The notes: generated by a model not told the origin, from the sequence alone. A DNA stretch of 64,000 nt from an uncultured Thermoleophilia bacterium (GCA_963702475.1 CAVPCT010000002.1:1-64000), one strand, 5' to 3'. Shown: positions 10,892 to 21,047, numbered from the stretch's first letter. Made by a program: numbers and translations.

Positions 10892-11353
10892 GTGGAAGCG
10901 CCACGGACAGGGGTCACGATCGCGGAGTTCACGATGGATGACTACGCCGTCGTCCACGTGCTGTGGCAGCGCAGCGGCCTCTGGATGCGGCCGTCCGACG
11001 GGCCGCGGGAGACGGTGCTCAAGCTCGCGCGCGACCCTGGGCTCTTCCTGGTCGCGCGTGATGCCACGGCCGGTATCGTGGGCACCGTGATGGGCGGCTG
11101 GGACGGTCGCCGGGCCTACGTGTACCACCTCGCTGTGCTGCCGGAGCACGCTCGCCGGGGCATCGGAGCCGCGCTCATGGACGAGCTCGAGGCGCGCTTC
11201 CGGGCGCTCGGCGCGATGAAGGCCAAGCTGCAGATCCTCGTCGGCAACGACGCCTCCAAGGCGTTCTTCGCGGCGCGCGGCTACCTGCTCGAGGCGGACT
11301 GCGAGCCGTGGGGCAAGGAGCTGGGACCCGGCGGGGCGCCGCCGACGAGGTGA
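10892..11353 (+). CDS. GNAT acetyltransferase (YpeA-like)
   Basis: 'GTVMGGWDGRRAYVYHLAVLPEHARRGIG'. RBS GAGGAGG. Confidence 0.88.
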   Translation: MEAPRTGVTIAEFTMDDYAVVHVLWQRSGLWMRPSDGPRETVLKLARDPGLFLVARDATAGIVGTVMGGWDGRRAYVYHLAVLPEHARRGIGAALMDELEARFRALGAMKAKLQILVGNDASKAFFAARGYLLEADCEPWGKELGPGGAPPTR

Positions 11354-11480
11354 TGAGACGCGGCGCCCCCGTGCGGGGCGCGAGTGCGGTGCCGGGTTGA
11401 CGAAGGACCGCGCCCGCTGCACAGACGAAACGGCGGCGGCCGCCCGCTGGGGCCTGCCGCCGCCGCCGCGAGGATCGGCC

Positions 11481-12575
11481 TCAGCCGCGGGGCTGCTGCT
11501 GCGTGATGCAGTGCACGTTGCCGCCGCCCAGCACGATCTCGCGGCCGGGCACGGTGACGACCTCGCGGTCGGGGAACGCGCCGGCGATGATCTCGCGAGC
11601 CACTCCGTCGTTGGGGTCGTCGAAGGTCGGCATGATGATCCCGCCGTTGACGATGAGGAAGTTGAGGTACGACGCGGCGGTCTTGTCGCCGGGCCGCCGC
11701 GGGATGGAGCCCTCGGCGCTGTCGACACCCCACGCCTCGTCGTCGGTGATCTCCATGATGGCCGGCATGGGCAGCGTGACGACCTCGAGCTGCCGGCCCT
11801 GCGCGTCCGTGGTCTTGCGGAGCACGCGGAGGTTGTCCTGCAGGAGCTCGTAGCGCCAGTCGTCCTCGTCTTCGGTGACGGCGGCGAGCACGACGCCCGG
11901 CCGCGCGAAGCAGGCCACGTCGTCTACGTGACCGTTGGTCTCCTCGGGGTCGATGCCCCTGCCCAGCCAGATGGTCTTCTCGACGTTCAGGTAGTCGCGC
12001 AGGTGCTCCTCGATCTGCTCGCGCGTCATGTCCGGGTTGCGGCCGGGGCTGAGCAGGCACTCCTCGGTGGTGATGACGGTGCCCTCGCCGTCGGTGTGGA
12101 ACGAGCCACCCTCCATGACGATGTGCGCCTTGTAGCGGTCGACGCCCTCGATCTGCGCGACCTTCTGCGGGATCAGCTGGTCCTTGTCCCAGGGGAAGTA
12201 GAGGCCGTCGTACAGGCCGCCCCAGGCGTTGAAGTCCCAGTCGACCAGGCGGACGTCACCCGTGTCGTTGACGACGAAGGTGGGTCCGCAGTCGCGTATC
12301 CACGCGTCGTTGCTGGAGAGCTCCACGACGCGCACGGCGTCGGGCAGCATGTTGACGGCGTTCTCGTACTGGTCGTGGTTGACGCCCACGGTGACGGGCT
12401 CGAAGCGCGAGATGGCCGTCGCCACCTCGACCCAGGACCGCTGGGCGGGCTTGGCCCCCAGGCGCCAGTTGTCCGGTCGCTGCGGCCAGAGCATCCAGGT
12501 CTGCGCGTGGGTTTCGAACTCTCCAGGCATGCGGAACCCGTCCGCGCGGGGCGTGCTGTCTATGAGCTTGGTCAT
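11481..12575 (-). CDS. aguA: Agmatine deiminase
   Basis: '[10 protein letters not shown]', 'WPQRPDNW', '[10 protein letters not shown]', 'FNAWGG', 'EGG', 'TNGHVD', '[13 protein letters not shown]'. Confidence 0.95.
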   Translation of the reverse strand: MTKLIDSTPRADGFRMPGEFETHAQTWMLWPQRPDNWRLGAKPAQRSWVEVATAISRFEPVTVGVNHDQYENAVNMLPDAVRVVELSSNDAWIRDCGPTFVVNDTGDVRLVDWDFNAWGGLYDGLYFPWDKDQLIPQKVAQIEGVDRYKAHIVMEGGSFHTDGEGTVITTEECLLSPGRNPDMTREQIEEHLRDYLNVEKTIWLGRGIDPEETNGHVDDVACFARPGVVLAAVTEDEDDWRYELLQDNLRVLRKTTDAQGRQLEVVTLPMPAIMEITDDEAWGVDSAEGSIPRRPGDKTAASYLNFLIVNGGIIMPTFDDPNDGVAREIIAGAFPDREVVTVPGREIVLGGGNVHCITQQQPRG

Positions 12576-12712
12576 GCGGACCTCCTTGCGGCCTGCCGCC
12601 GTCCCGCCGTTCGGCTCGACGACGGACGGCGAGCCGGCGACCGGTGGTGGCGACCATCGGGGCTTGTGTCGTGTTCGGGCGGTGCGTCGGCCATGCCGGG
12701 ATCCCGAGGCGC

Positions 12713-13648
12713 TCAGTCCGGCACGATCTGCGTGCCGGCGACTCCCTCGACGATCCGCCCTATGTCTTTGAGGGCGCCGATGGCCGCGCGATGGCCGGTG
12801 GCGCCGACGAAGTGGCAGGCCGCCGCGACCTTGGGGCCCATGGAGCCGGCCGGGAACGAGTACTGGGCCAGTTCCGGCGGCGTCGCCCTCTCGAGTCTGC
12901 GCGCCTCCGGCGTGCCCCAGTCGAGGTACACGCCGTCGGTGTCCGTGGCGATCACGAAGACGTCCGCGTCCAGCTCACGCGCCAGAAGCTCGCTGGCCCA
13001 GTCCTTGTCGATGACGGCCTCGATGCCGAGCAGCGTGCGCGTTCCGTCGGGGGCGTAGGCAGTGGGGATTCCCCCGCCGCCGGAGCAGATCACCACGGTG
13101 TTCTTCTCGAGCAGCCACTTGATGGGATCCAGCGCGAAGATCTGCTTGGGCATGGGGGACGCCACCACGCGGCGCCACTGGTCGCCGTCCTGCTTGAAGA
13201 CCCAGCCCTTCTCGGAGGCGAGCTCGTCGGCAGCCTGCTTGTCGTAGACCGGGCCGACGAACTTGGTCGGGTCGGCGAACGCGGGGTCGTCCGGGTCGAC
13301 CTCGATCATCGTCAGCAGCGTGGCGAAGGGGCGCTCGAAGGGCAGCAGATTGCCGAGCTCCTGCTCGATCATGTAGCCGATCATGCCTTCTGTCTGCGCG
13401 TCGAGCACATCCAGGGGATAGGGGTCGACGGCCGGGTAGGCCTGCCCCTGCAGCGCGAGCAGGCCTACTTGCGGCCCGTTGCCGTGGCTGAGCACCAGCT
13501 GATGCTGCTCCGCCACGGGAGCCAGCTGCCGGCACGCGACGCGGACGTTCTCGCGCTGAGCATCGGCGGTCATCGGTTGCCCGCGCCTGAGGAGCGCGTT
13601 GCCGCCCAGGGCGACTACGATCTTCAGCGTGGGGGGCAGTGCTTCCAA
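12713..13648 (-). CDS. arcC: Carbamate kinase (copy 1)
   Basis: '[10 protein letters not shown]', 'HGNGPQVG', 'PTKFVGP', 'RRVVASP', 'EAVIDKD', 'GSMGPKV'. TTG start. Confidence 0.93.
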   Translation of the reverse strand: MEALPPTLKIVVALGGNALLRRGQPMTADAQRENVRVACRQLAPVAEQHQLVLSHGNGPQVGLLALQGQAYPAVDPYPLDVLDAQTEGMIGYMIEQELGNLLPFERPFATLLTMIEVDPDDPAFADPTKFVGPVYDKQAADELASEKGWVFKQDGDQWRRVVASPMPKQIFALDPIKWLLEKNTVVICSGGGGIPTAYAPDGTRTLLGIEAVIDKDWASELLARELDADVFVIATDTDGVYLDWGTPEARRLERATPPELAQYSFPAGSMGPKVAAACHFVGATGHRAAIGALKDIGRIVEGVAGTQIVPD

Positions 13649-13762
13649 CTCGGTACCTCCAGTCGAGGGTTGACCGCGGCGCGTGCGATCATCCGGGAAC
13701 CCACACGCCCGGGGTCTTGTCGTCGAGCGCGCGGCACCGGTGCGCCGGCGGCCGCGGGAGCG

Positions 13763-14932
13763 TCATTCGGCGGCTGCTCTGCGCCGGCCGGTGGCGATGT
13801 CGATGACCTCCGCGTCGCCGTCGTCGGACGTAGTGCCGAGGGGCTTGCTCGCCGGCTTCTTCGCGGCCGCCGTCTTCCCGGTGCGGGCGGCGCTCGCCGG
13901 CCTGCCCTTCGCCGGCGGGCCGGCCGCGTCGGAGCCGGCCTTGGCCCGCGTTCCGGCCACCCCCTTCGCGGCCGCGTCCGGCACGATGCGCGTGCCGGCC
14001 TCGCCGGCCAACGCCGGGCCGACCTCCGTGAGGGAGGCGATCACGGCTTCGCCGCCGGCGTCCACGAAGCGCAGGCAGGCCTCCACCTTGGGGCCCATGG
14101 AGCCCGCCTTGAAGTGGCCGTCGGCGGCGTGGGCCCGCATCTGGCCGGCGGTCACCGTGTCGAGCGCCGTCTGCTCAGGCGTACCGTAGTGCACGTAGAC
14201 CTTGGGCACGTCGGTGAGGATGAGCAGAGCGTCAGCGCCGAGCTCCTTGGCGAGCAGGGCGGCGGCGAGGTCCTTGTCGATGACCGCGTCGATGCCGGAG
14301 ATCGCGCTCCGGCTTCTCACCACCGGCACGCCGCCGCCGCCCGAGCAGATGACGAGCACGCCGCTCGCGAGCAGGTCGCGGATGGCGTCGAGTTCGATGA
14401 TCTCCCGCGGCTCCGGGCTGGGCACCACGCGGCGCCAGCCTCGCCCGGCGTCCTCGCGCATGGCGAGGCCGTCCTCGAGCATCATCTTTCGCGCCTCGGA
14501 TTCCGAGTAGAAGGGGCCGACCGGCTTGCTGGGATTGGCGAACGCCTTGTCGTTCGCGTCCACGGCGACCTGGGTGACGATCGTCACCACGGGCGTGGCG
14601 AGGCGGCGCTTCTTCAGGTGGTTGTCCAGGGCCTGTGCGGCCATGTAGCCGATCTGGCCCTGGCTCTCGGCGCCGCAGACGTCCATCGGCATCGGCGCCA
14701 CCGTCTTGGCCGCGAGGGCGTTCTGGATCAGCAGGTTGCCGACCTGGGGGCCGTTGCCGTGCGTGAGCACGACGCGCCAGCCGTCCTCGACCAGCTGGGC
14801 GATGCGGCGCATCGCCCCGTCGATGTTGAACAGCTGCTCCTCGAAGGTCCCGACCTGGCCGGGCTGGAGGATGGCGTTGCCGCCGAGCGCGACCACGACG
14901 GTCTTGCCGTTCTTCTTGCCTGCTGCTGACAT
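13763..14932 (-). CDS. arcC: Carbamate kinase (copy 2) with an Ala/Lys-rich C-terminal extension
   Basis: '[10 protein letters not shown]', 'THGNGPQVG', 'PSKPVGPFY', 'RRVVPSP', 'AVIDKD', 'GSMGPKV'. Confidence 0.93.
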   Translation of the reverse strand: MSAAGKKNGKTVVVALGGNAILQPGQVGTFEEQLFNIDGAMRRIAQLVEDGWRVVLTHGNGPQVGNLLIQNALAAKTVAPMPMDVCGAESQGQIGYMAAQALDNHLKKRRLATPVVTIVTQVAVDANDKAFANPSKPVGPFYSESEARKMMLEDGLAMREDAGRGWRRVVPSPEPREIIELDAIRDLLASGVLVICSGGGGVPVVRSRSAISGIDAVIDKDLAAALLAKELGADALLILTDVPKVYVHYGTPEQTALDTVTAGQMRAHAADGHFKAGSMGPKVEACLRFVDAGGEAVIASLTEVGPALAGEAGTRIVPDAAAKGVAGTRAKAGSDAAGPPAKGRPASAARTGKTAAAKKPASKPLGTTSDDGDAEVIDIATGRRRAAAE

Positions 14933-14947
14933 CCCTGTCCTTGGTCC

Positions 14948-16396
14948 TTACGCGTCGCGGGAGGGCGTGGCCGTCGCGCCGCGTCCCCGGCGGCTGGCGT
15001 GCCGGTAGAGCCACCAGCCGATGAGGAGCGAGAGGATCGTGCCGCCGCCGGTGATGAGCCAGAAGGTGCCCTTCGACACGCCCTCGGCGGGGAAGTAGAA
15101 GAAGAGGAAGAGCGTGAGCACGATGCCGGCCTCGCAGAGCACCGTGGCGATCCACGCGCCGGCCTTGCCGCCTGGGATCACGTAGGGGCGCGGCTGGTCC
15201 GGGTGCTTGTGGCGCAGCACGAGCAGCGCCGGGAACATCAGCAGGTACGGGATCAGGAACACGATGGACGACAGGGCGAACAGCGTCCAGAACACGCTCG
15301 TCTGGTTGGGGTCGAGCACGTAGGCGAGGATCGTGATGCCCGTCGCGATGATGCCCATGAGCACGAACGCGTAGTCGGGCGTGCCGAAGCGCTTGTTGAC
15401 GTGGCCGAACACGCCCGGGGCGGTGTCGTCCAGGCCGGTGGCGCTGATGGTCTGGTTGGCGCCGATCGACCACGTGACCATGTTGCCGAAGAACGTGAAG
15501 AGGAGGGCGACCACGGCGACATTGAAGAGCCAGGTGGCGCCGCCCACGACCTCCTCGACCATGAGCTTGAGCGCGTCGACGATGCCGGTGACGATGCTGA
15601 CGTCCTCCGTCCTGATCGACGCGAGGATGCCGAAGGTCGCGAACATGTACACGGCGAGGATCGCCGCGCCGGCGAGGATGATCATCTTGGGCACGTCGCG
15701 CTTGGGGTCCTTGATCGCCCCGCCGGCCGAGCTCATGAGCTCGAAGCCCATATACGAGTAGATGATGATGGGCAGGAAGGAGAGGCTGTCGGTGTTCCAC
15801 TGCGGGATCCAGTCGCTCAGCGCGAACGAGTTGGCGGCGCCGTTCTTGACCACGTAGGCGACGCCGAGAGCGCCCAGCCCCACGAGCACGATGACCTTGA
15901 GCGCGGCGCTCAGGTTGGGCACGAACTTGCTCCACTCGAGCGGCAGGATGCCGACGAGCACGATCGCCCACACCATGGCGATGACGATCACGGCCTCCCA
16001 GAGAGGCGCGATGTCGACGCCCCAGGCGACCTCGATCGCGCCGAGGAAGAGCACGAACACCGAGGGAGCCCACAGGGCGACGTTGACCCAGTACATCCAC
16101 GAGGTCACCGTGCCCCAGCCGGGGCCGAAGGCGGTCTTGACCCACACGTAGATGCCGCCCTCGTCCGGCCACGCCGAGCCGAGCTCGGCGGTGACCAAGC
16201 CGTAAGGGATGAAGAAGAGCAGGCCGAGGACGATCCAGAAGCCGAGCCCCTGGACCCCCATCGCCGCCGAGCTGCCCACGGTGTCGGCGACGAGGATCGC
16301 CGACACGCTGAACAGCACCATGCTGAAGAGGCCGAAGACCTTCGGTCGTTCGTTCGGCGCCTCTCCCGGCGCTCCGCGCTGCAGGTCGGTTGCCAT
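14948..16396 (-). CDS. APC-family transporter, probable agmatine/putrescine antiporter
   Basis: About 12 TM segments, 'AELGSAWPDEGGIYVWV', 'GFELMS', 'KDPKRDVPK'. Lies within the agmatine deiminase cluster. Confidence 0.82.
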   Translation of the reverse strand: MATDLQRGAPGEAPNERPKVFGLFSMVLFSVSAILVADTVGSSAAMGVQGLGFWIVLGLLFFIPYGLVTAELGSAWPDEGGIYVWVKTAFGPGWGTVTSWMYWVNVALWAPSVFVLFLGAIEVAWGVDIAPLWEAVIVIAMVWAIVLVGILPLEWSKFVPNLSAALKVIVLVGLGALGVAYVVKNGAANSFALSDWIPQWNTDSLSFLPIIIYSYMGFELMSSAGGAIKDPKRDVPKMIILAGAAILAVYMFATFGILASIRTEDVSIVTGIVDALKLMVEEVVGGATWLFNVAVVALLFTFFGNMVTWSIGANQTISATGLDDTAPGVFGHVNKRFGTPDYAFVLMGIIATGITILAYVLDPNQTSVFWTLFALSSIVFLIPYLLMFPALLVLRHKHPDQPRPYVIPGGKAGAWIATVLCEAGIVLTLFLFFYFPAEGVSKGTFWLITGGGTILSLLIGWWLYRHASRRGRGATATPSRDA

Positions 16397-16434
16397 GACG
16401 GTTCCTTTCGGTGCTGCGATGCCGAGGGTGTCGC

Positions 16435-17445
16435 TCAGTTGAGCAGGGCCTCGCCGATGGGCTGGAGGTCCGGGTCGGCGGGCAGCTCGTCGATGCCGAT
16501 CAGAGCGAGCATGAGGGCCTTCTGGAAGTGCATCCGGTTCTGGGCCTGCGGGAAGATGATGCTCATGGGGCCGTCGGCGATCTCGTCCACGACCTCCTCG
16601 CCGCGCATGGCCGGCAGGCAGTGCATGAACTTCGTGTCCGGCTTGGCGTTGCTCCAGAGGTCGGGGTTGACCTGGAACGCCTTGAAGGCGCTGATGCGGT
16701 CCTTGTACTCGTCCTCCTGGCCGGTCCACCACCAGCAGTCGGTGTAGATGAAGTCGGCGCCGGCGATGGCCTCGAGCGGGTCGTTGGTGAGCAGGAACGA
16801 CCCGCCGCTCTCCGCCGCGAATCCGGCCGCGAGCTCCTGGAGCTCGGGCGCCATCTCGTAGCCGGCGGCGTTGCCGACGCGCACGTTGAGCCCGAGCTTG
16901 GTGAGCGTGGTGGAGAGCGAGTTGCAGGGGTGGGCGGCGTCACCGACGTAGGCGAACGTGACGCCGGCCAGCGTGCCGGCGTGCTCCAGGATCGTGAGCG
17001 CGTCGCTCATGCTCTGGCAGGGGTGCCGGTCGTGATCCATGCCGTTGATGACCGGCACCGTCGACCAAGCGGCCAGCTCGTTGACCGTCTCGTTCTTCTT
17101 GCTGCGGATCTCGATGGCCGCGTTGTACTGCGAGAGCGTGCGCGCCGTGTCGGCGATGCTCTCGCGCCCCGGCAGGTGGATCTCGCCGGGCCGCAGGTAC
17201 AGGGCGTTGCCGCCGAGCTCGGCGAAGCCGTTCTCGAAGCTCACGCGCGTGCGCGTGGAGGCGGCCTCGAAGATCATCGCCAGGTGCTTGCCGGGGAGGA
17301 AGGGGGTCAGCGGCCGCCTCCGCCAGAGCTCCTTGAGGTTCACGGCGAGCTTGAGCAGGTCCTCGAGCTCCTCGCGCGTGTAGTCCAGGTCGGTGAGGAA
17401 GTGACGGCCGCGAAGCCTCTTGAGGGCGGGGAGTGTGGTGTCCAA
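16435..17445 (-). CDS. OTC-family transcarbamylase, probable putrescine carbamoyltransferase
   Basis: 'STRTRVSFE', 'HPCQ', 'HCLPA'. Lacks the SMG motif (reads 'YTDCWWWTG'). TTG start after GGAGG. Operon context with aguA/arcC. Confidence 0.8.
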   Translation of the reverse strand: MDTTLPALKRLRGRHFLTDLDYTREELEDLLKLAVNLKELWRRRPLTPFLPGKHLAMIFEAASTRTRVSFENGFAELGGNALYLRPGEIHLPGRESIADTARTLSQYNAAIEIRSKKNETVNELAAWSTVPVINGMDHDRHPCQSMSDALTILEHAGTLAGVTFAYVGDAAHPCNSLSTTLTKLGLNVRVGNAAGYEMAPELQELAAGFAAESGGSFLLTNDPLEAIAGADFIYTDCWWWTGQEDEYKDRISAFKAFQVNPDLWSNAKPDTKFMHCLPAMRGEEVVDEIADGPMSIIFPQAQNRMHFQKALMLALIGIDELPADPDLQPIGEALLN

Positions 17446-17498
17446 GTCGGTACCTCCTGGGCGGGGAGCGTCGTCTGTCGTCCGGTGGAGACGTGGTT

Positions 17499-17527
17499 TG
17501 TCCGTCCGGACGGATGAATGTATGCTA
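17499..17527. promoter_or_regulatory. Palindromic TetR operator next to overlapping divergent -10 boxes
   Basis: Perfect 14-bp palindrome TCCGTCCGGACGGA (17501-17514); plus-strand TATGCT 17521-17526 and minus-strand TAGCAT 17522-17527. Confidence 0.6.
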
Positions 17528-17583
17528 CCAGTGTGAGTGAGCGCTGGCAAGGAAGCTCAGGGGACCGGCGAGAGAGGTGCGAT

Positions 17584-18246
17584 GTGACCGTGACGGATGA
17601 GAGACGTCTCAGTCTGGCGCGTGGCGAAGGGCTGCCGCAGCCCCTCCTCCTCGAAGACCCGATGGCCTCCCTGCCTCCCACCGCGCAGCGTATCCTGGCC
17701 GCGGCCCGGCGCCTCCTGGCCAGCGGCGGCTTCGAGGCGCTCAAGCTGTCGGCCATCGCCCGCGAAGCGGGGGAGTCCAAGGCCAGCATCGGCTATCACT
17801 TCGGCAACAAGGCGGGACTGGTCACCGCCCTGGTCGACGCGCTGACCCACGAGGCCAACCGCGGGCTCATCGCCGAGACGGCGGCGGCCCCGGCGGGCGA
17901 GGCGCGCGTGCGCGCGCTGATCGACGGCGAGACGCGCATCATCGGCGACGCCGAGGCGTTCCAGTCGTTCTTCGAAGTACTGCCGCACGCGCTCCGCGAC
18001 CCTGACCTGCGGGAGCGGGTCGCGGCACTGTACGACGGCTACCGCGAGACGGTGCTCCGCTGTCTGGATGCCCGGGACAAGCAGGAGCGGCAGCGGCTGC
18101 GGCCGTTCGCCATGCTCATGATCGCCATCGTCGACGGCCTCGCGCTGCAGCACGGCCTCGACCCGGACGGCGCCGACGTGGCCGCGGCGGCGGGTCTTTG
18201 GGAGCGGCTTGCGGCGCCGTTCCTCAGTGACGCCGGCGTCCTCTGA
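17584..18246 (+). CDS. TetR-family regulator (AguR-like by context)
   Basis: 'RILAAARRLL...GF.......IAREAGESKASIGYHFGNK'. Divergent from the agu cluster. Alternative start at ATG 17662. Confidence 0.88.
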   Translation: MTVTDERRLSLARGEGLPQPLLLEDPMASLPPTAQRILAAARRLLASGGFEALKLSAIAREAGESKASIGYHFGNKAGLVTALVDALTHEANRGLIAETAAAPAGEARVRALIDGETRIIGDAEAFQSFFEVLPHALRDPDLRERVAALYDGYRETVLRCLDARDKQERQRLRPFAMLMIAIVDGLALQHGLDPDGADVAAAAGLWERLAAPFLSDAGVL

Positions 18247-18260
18247 CGCAGGCGGCGCCG

Positions 18261-18665
18261 TCAGCGGTCCGGCGCTGAGCGCCGGGCCGGTGGCTTGGGC
18301 GGCCGCGGGTAGAAAGCGGTGAGGAGCGCCACCGCGGCGACACACACCACCAGGACGACTGCTGCAGGGCCTCGCTCGTGTTGCCCCTCGAAGAGGAGCC
18401 GGTACGACACGGCGAGCGCCGCGAACGCTGCGAAGAGGATCAGCATCTGGACGATCACGCGGTGGCGCCAGGGGTCGCGCGAGGACCGCAGCGCCCCGTA
18501 GCTCAACACGAGGAGGGCTCCGGCGAGGGCCTTGCCCGAGGTCGTGCCCGCCAGGTCCCCGGCCCTGCCCAGGGCGAACGCGACGGGGATGGCCACGAGC
18601 ACGCACCCGAGGGCGTACAGCCACAACGCCGTGCGAAGCACTCTGGTCCGTCGTTCGTCGGTCAC
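18261..18665 (-). CDS. Small 4-TM membrane protein
   Basis: Four hydrophobic segments following 'VTDERRTRVLR'; fills the gap between TetR and the deacetylase. Confidence 0.6.
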   Translation of the reverse strand: MTDERRTRVLRTALWLYALGCVLVAIPVAFALGRAGDLAGTTSGKALAGALLVLSYGALRSSRDPWRHRVIVQMLILFAAFAALAVSYRLLFEGQHERGPAAVVLVVCVAAVALLTAFYPRPPKPPARRSAPDR

Positions 18666-18782
18666 CGGGCGACCATCCTCGAGGGTGGCAGGGGGCTTCA
18701 GTCTATCCCCGCGCATGCCGGCGGCCGACCGGACGCGTCCCGATGCATCGACCCGCTGCGCCATATGGTCTAGGCTCTGGGC

Positions 18783-19796
18783 ATGGACGCCGCCGTCATC
18801 TGGCACGAGGCCTACGCGGAACACGACACCGCCGACCACCCCGAGGGGCCCGACAGGGTCGCGGCGGTGGTCGCGCATCTGCGGAGCACCGACCTGTGGC
18901 CGCGCCTCACGGTAGTGGAACCCCAGCCGGCCACGGAGGACGACGTGCTGCTGGTGCACTCGCGCACGCACCTGAACGTGGTGAGGCGCGCGGCGCAGGG
19001 CAGGGGGCAGTGGCTCGACCCCGATACCTACGTCTCGCCGCGCAGCTACGAGATCGCGCTGCTGTCGGTGGGCGGCGCGATCGAGGCGACGAGGCTCTGG
19101 GACCGCGGCCTCGTCGCGTTCGCCCTCATCCGCCCGCCCGGCCACCACGCCACGCCCGACAGGGCGATGGGCTTCTGCCTGTTCGACAACATCGCCATCG
19201 CCGTGGCGCGCCTGCTCGGGGACGGCTACGAACGTGTGGCCATCCTCGACTGGGACGTGCACCACGGCAACGGCACGCAGGCGGCCTTCTACGGCGAGCC
19301 TCGCGTGCTGTTCGTGAGCCTGCACCAGTGGCCGCACTACCCGGGGAGCGGGTTCTTCACCGAGTGCGGCGAGGGTGAGGCCGAGGGCACCACCGTGAAC
19401 ATCCCGCTGCCGGCGGGCTGCACCGACGGCGACTACGTGCACGCCTTCGACGCCGTCGTGGAGCCCATCGTCCGGCAGTTCCGGCCGCAGGCGATCCTGG
19501 TCTCGGCCGGAGAGGACATCCACCGCTTCGACCCGCTGGGCAGCATGGCCGTCACCGAGGACGGCTTCGCGGCCATGGCGCTGCGCTGCCTGCGCCTCGC
19601 GCAGGAGCAGTGCGGCGGCAAGCTCGCCTTCATCCTCGAGGGCGGCTACGACCGCGGCGCTACCAGCTCCGCCATCGAGGCGGTCCTGCGGGCGGTGCTC
19701 GATGAGTCGGCGCCCGCGGTCGGGCCGGGCACGGCGAAGGGCACGGCCGCGGTGGAGCGGGCGCGAGAGACGCAGGCGGCGTACTGGAAGGTATGA
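18783..19796 (+). CDS. Histone deacetylase family / acetylpolyamine amidohydrolase-like protein
   Basis: 'HPEGPDR', 'RPPGHHA', 'GFC', 'DWDVHHGNGTQ', 'EGGY'. TAGGCT 6 nt upstream suggests a leaderless transcript. Confidence 0.92.
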   Translation: MDAAVIWHEAYAEHDTADHPEGPDRVAAVVAHLRSTDLWPRLTVVEPQPATEDDVLLVHSRTHLNVVRRAAQGRGQWLDPDTYVSPRSYEIALLSVGGAIEATRLWDRGLVAFALIRPPGHHATPDRAMGFCLFDNIAIAVARLLGDGYERVAILDWDVHHGNGTQAAFYGEPRVLFVSLHQWPHYPGSGFFTECGEGEAEGTTVNIPLPAGCTDGDYVHAFDAVVEPIVRQFRPQAILVSAGEDIHRFDPLGSMAVTEDGFAAMALRCLRLAQEQCGGKLAFILEGGYDRGATSSAIEAVLRAVLDESAPAVGPGTAKGTAAVERARETQAAYWKV

Positions 19797-19841
19797 GACG
19801 GCCGGGCGCGGAGCTGCGGAGCAGCCCCGCGCCCGGCCGTC
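19797..19841. terminator. Hairpin between convergent genes
   Basis: GACGGCCGGGCGCGG...CCGCGCCCGGCCGTC inverted repeat. Confidence 0.6.
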
Positions 19842-19859
19842 AGCCGGCTTGACGCCGCC

Positions 19860-21047
19860 TCAGACGCAGCGCGCCGCCATGGCGGCGAGCTCGTCCATGT
19901 GCTCCTCGATGAACTCCATGCAGCTCACCTGGCCGACGAAGTACCCCATGTACTCGTCCACGTCGGAGTCGGGCGAGCCGTAGAAGTACGTGACGTCCCA
20001 GTTGAGGATGTAGAGGTTGGCGTCGGCGATCATGCGCGGCAGCAGCGCCAGCTCCTCCGCGCCCATACGGCCGGGGTGCTCCCAGCGTGCCGCCTCGTCC
20101 TGATAGCCGCGCAGAAAGACCTCCGCCTTGTCGAGGCGCAGCGTGCCCTTGTCGGCGCCCTCCCAGGAGGTGCAGAAGTAGCAGATGCCCTGGGCGACGT
20201 CGAAGAGGCGGTAGTCCAGCTTCGCCCAGTCGAAGTCGAACAGCCCTACGCCCTGCTCGTCCACCCACTTGAGGTTGCCGGGGTGGTAGTCGCAGTGGGT
20301 CGCGCACGTCGGCATGCCCTCGATGCCGGCCTCGATCTGCGCGCCCTTCGCGACCACGTCGAGGATCTCCGGGAGCTTCTCGCGCAGATACCTGTCGCAG
20401 GCGGTGTCGCCGCCGCCGGCGATGAGCCTGGGCCAATCCTCCGCCCACGTGGGCACGAACTCCATGATGGGCGGCTGCACGCGCGCCAGGTCGCCGGGGT
20501 CGAAGCCGAAGCCGGCGTGGTGGTAGCGGGCGAGCACGCGGGCGCCGCTGTCGAACTCCTTGTCGGTCAGGCGGTTCTCGAGCCACGTGTACTTGTCCTC
20601 GCCGGTCAGCATGGTGAACACCGCGAAGAAGAACGTCGTGTCGGCGCCGTCCACGATCTCGTCACGCGTGACGAACGTGGAGCCGCTGCGCGTGGGGTAG
20701 ACGTGCGAGGCGAGGCCGAAGCCCTCGCGGTCGATGTGCGTGAGGAGCGCGTGCTCGAAGAGCACCTCGCGCTCCGTGATGGCCGGGTTGTACTTGCGCA
20801 CGAAGTACAGGTGCTCGCCGTCCTCCCGGCGCGTCCACACGGAGAAGCTGGCGTTGCAGTAGCCGCCGAAGATGCGTTCGACGCGCACGACCTCGCCCAG
20901 GTCCCAGTCGTCGTTCACCACGCCGGCGATCTGCGCCAGGAGCGCGGCCTCGCGCGCGTCGATCGTGCCGTCGCCGGCGCCGACAGGGCCGCAGGTCGCG
21001 CCCTCCGTCGTCGTGCCGTCGACACGGGTCTCATCGTTCGCGGTCAC
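19860..21047 (-). CDS. APH-fold phosphotransferase (homoserine kinase type II-like)
   Basis: 'FEHALL.H', Brenner-type motif 'HCDYHPGN', 'FDFDW'. Confidence 0.82.
   Translation of the reverse strand: MTANDETRVDGTTTEGATCGPVGAGDGTIDAREAALLAQIAGVVNDDWDLGEVVRVERIFGGYCNASFSVWTRREDGEHLYFVRKYNPAITEREVLFEHALLTHIDREGFGLASHVYPTRSGSTFVTRDEIVDGADTTFFFAVFTMLTGEDKYTWLENRLTDKEFDSGARVLARYHHAGFGFDPGDLARVQPPIMEFVPTWAEDWPRLIAGGGDTACDRYLREKLPEILDVVAKGAQIEAGIEGMPTCATHCDYHPGNLKWVDEQGVGLFDFDWAKLDYRLFDVAQGICYFCTSWEGADKGTLRLDKAEVFLRGYQDEAARWEHPGRMGAEELALLPRMIADANLYILNWDVTYFYGSPDSDVDEYMGYFVGQVSCMEFIEEHMDELAAMAARCV

Noticed and set aside
7736-11728. 1330-aa PutA with a long N-terminal extension
   Set aside because: The extension overlaps the GNAT gene on the other strand. 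The real start is ATG 10753 with an RBS.
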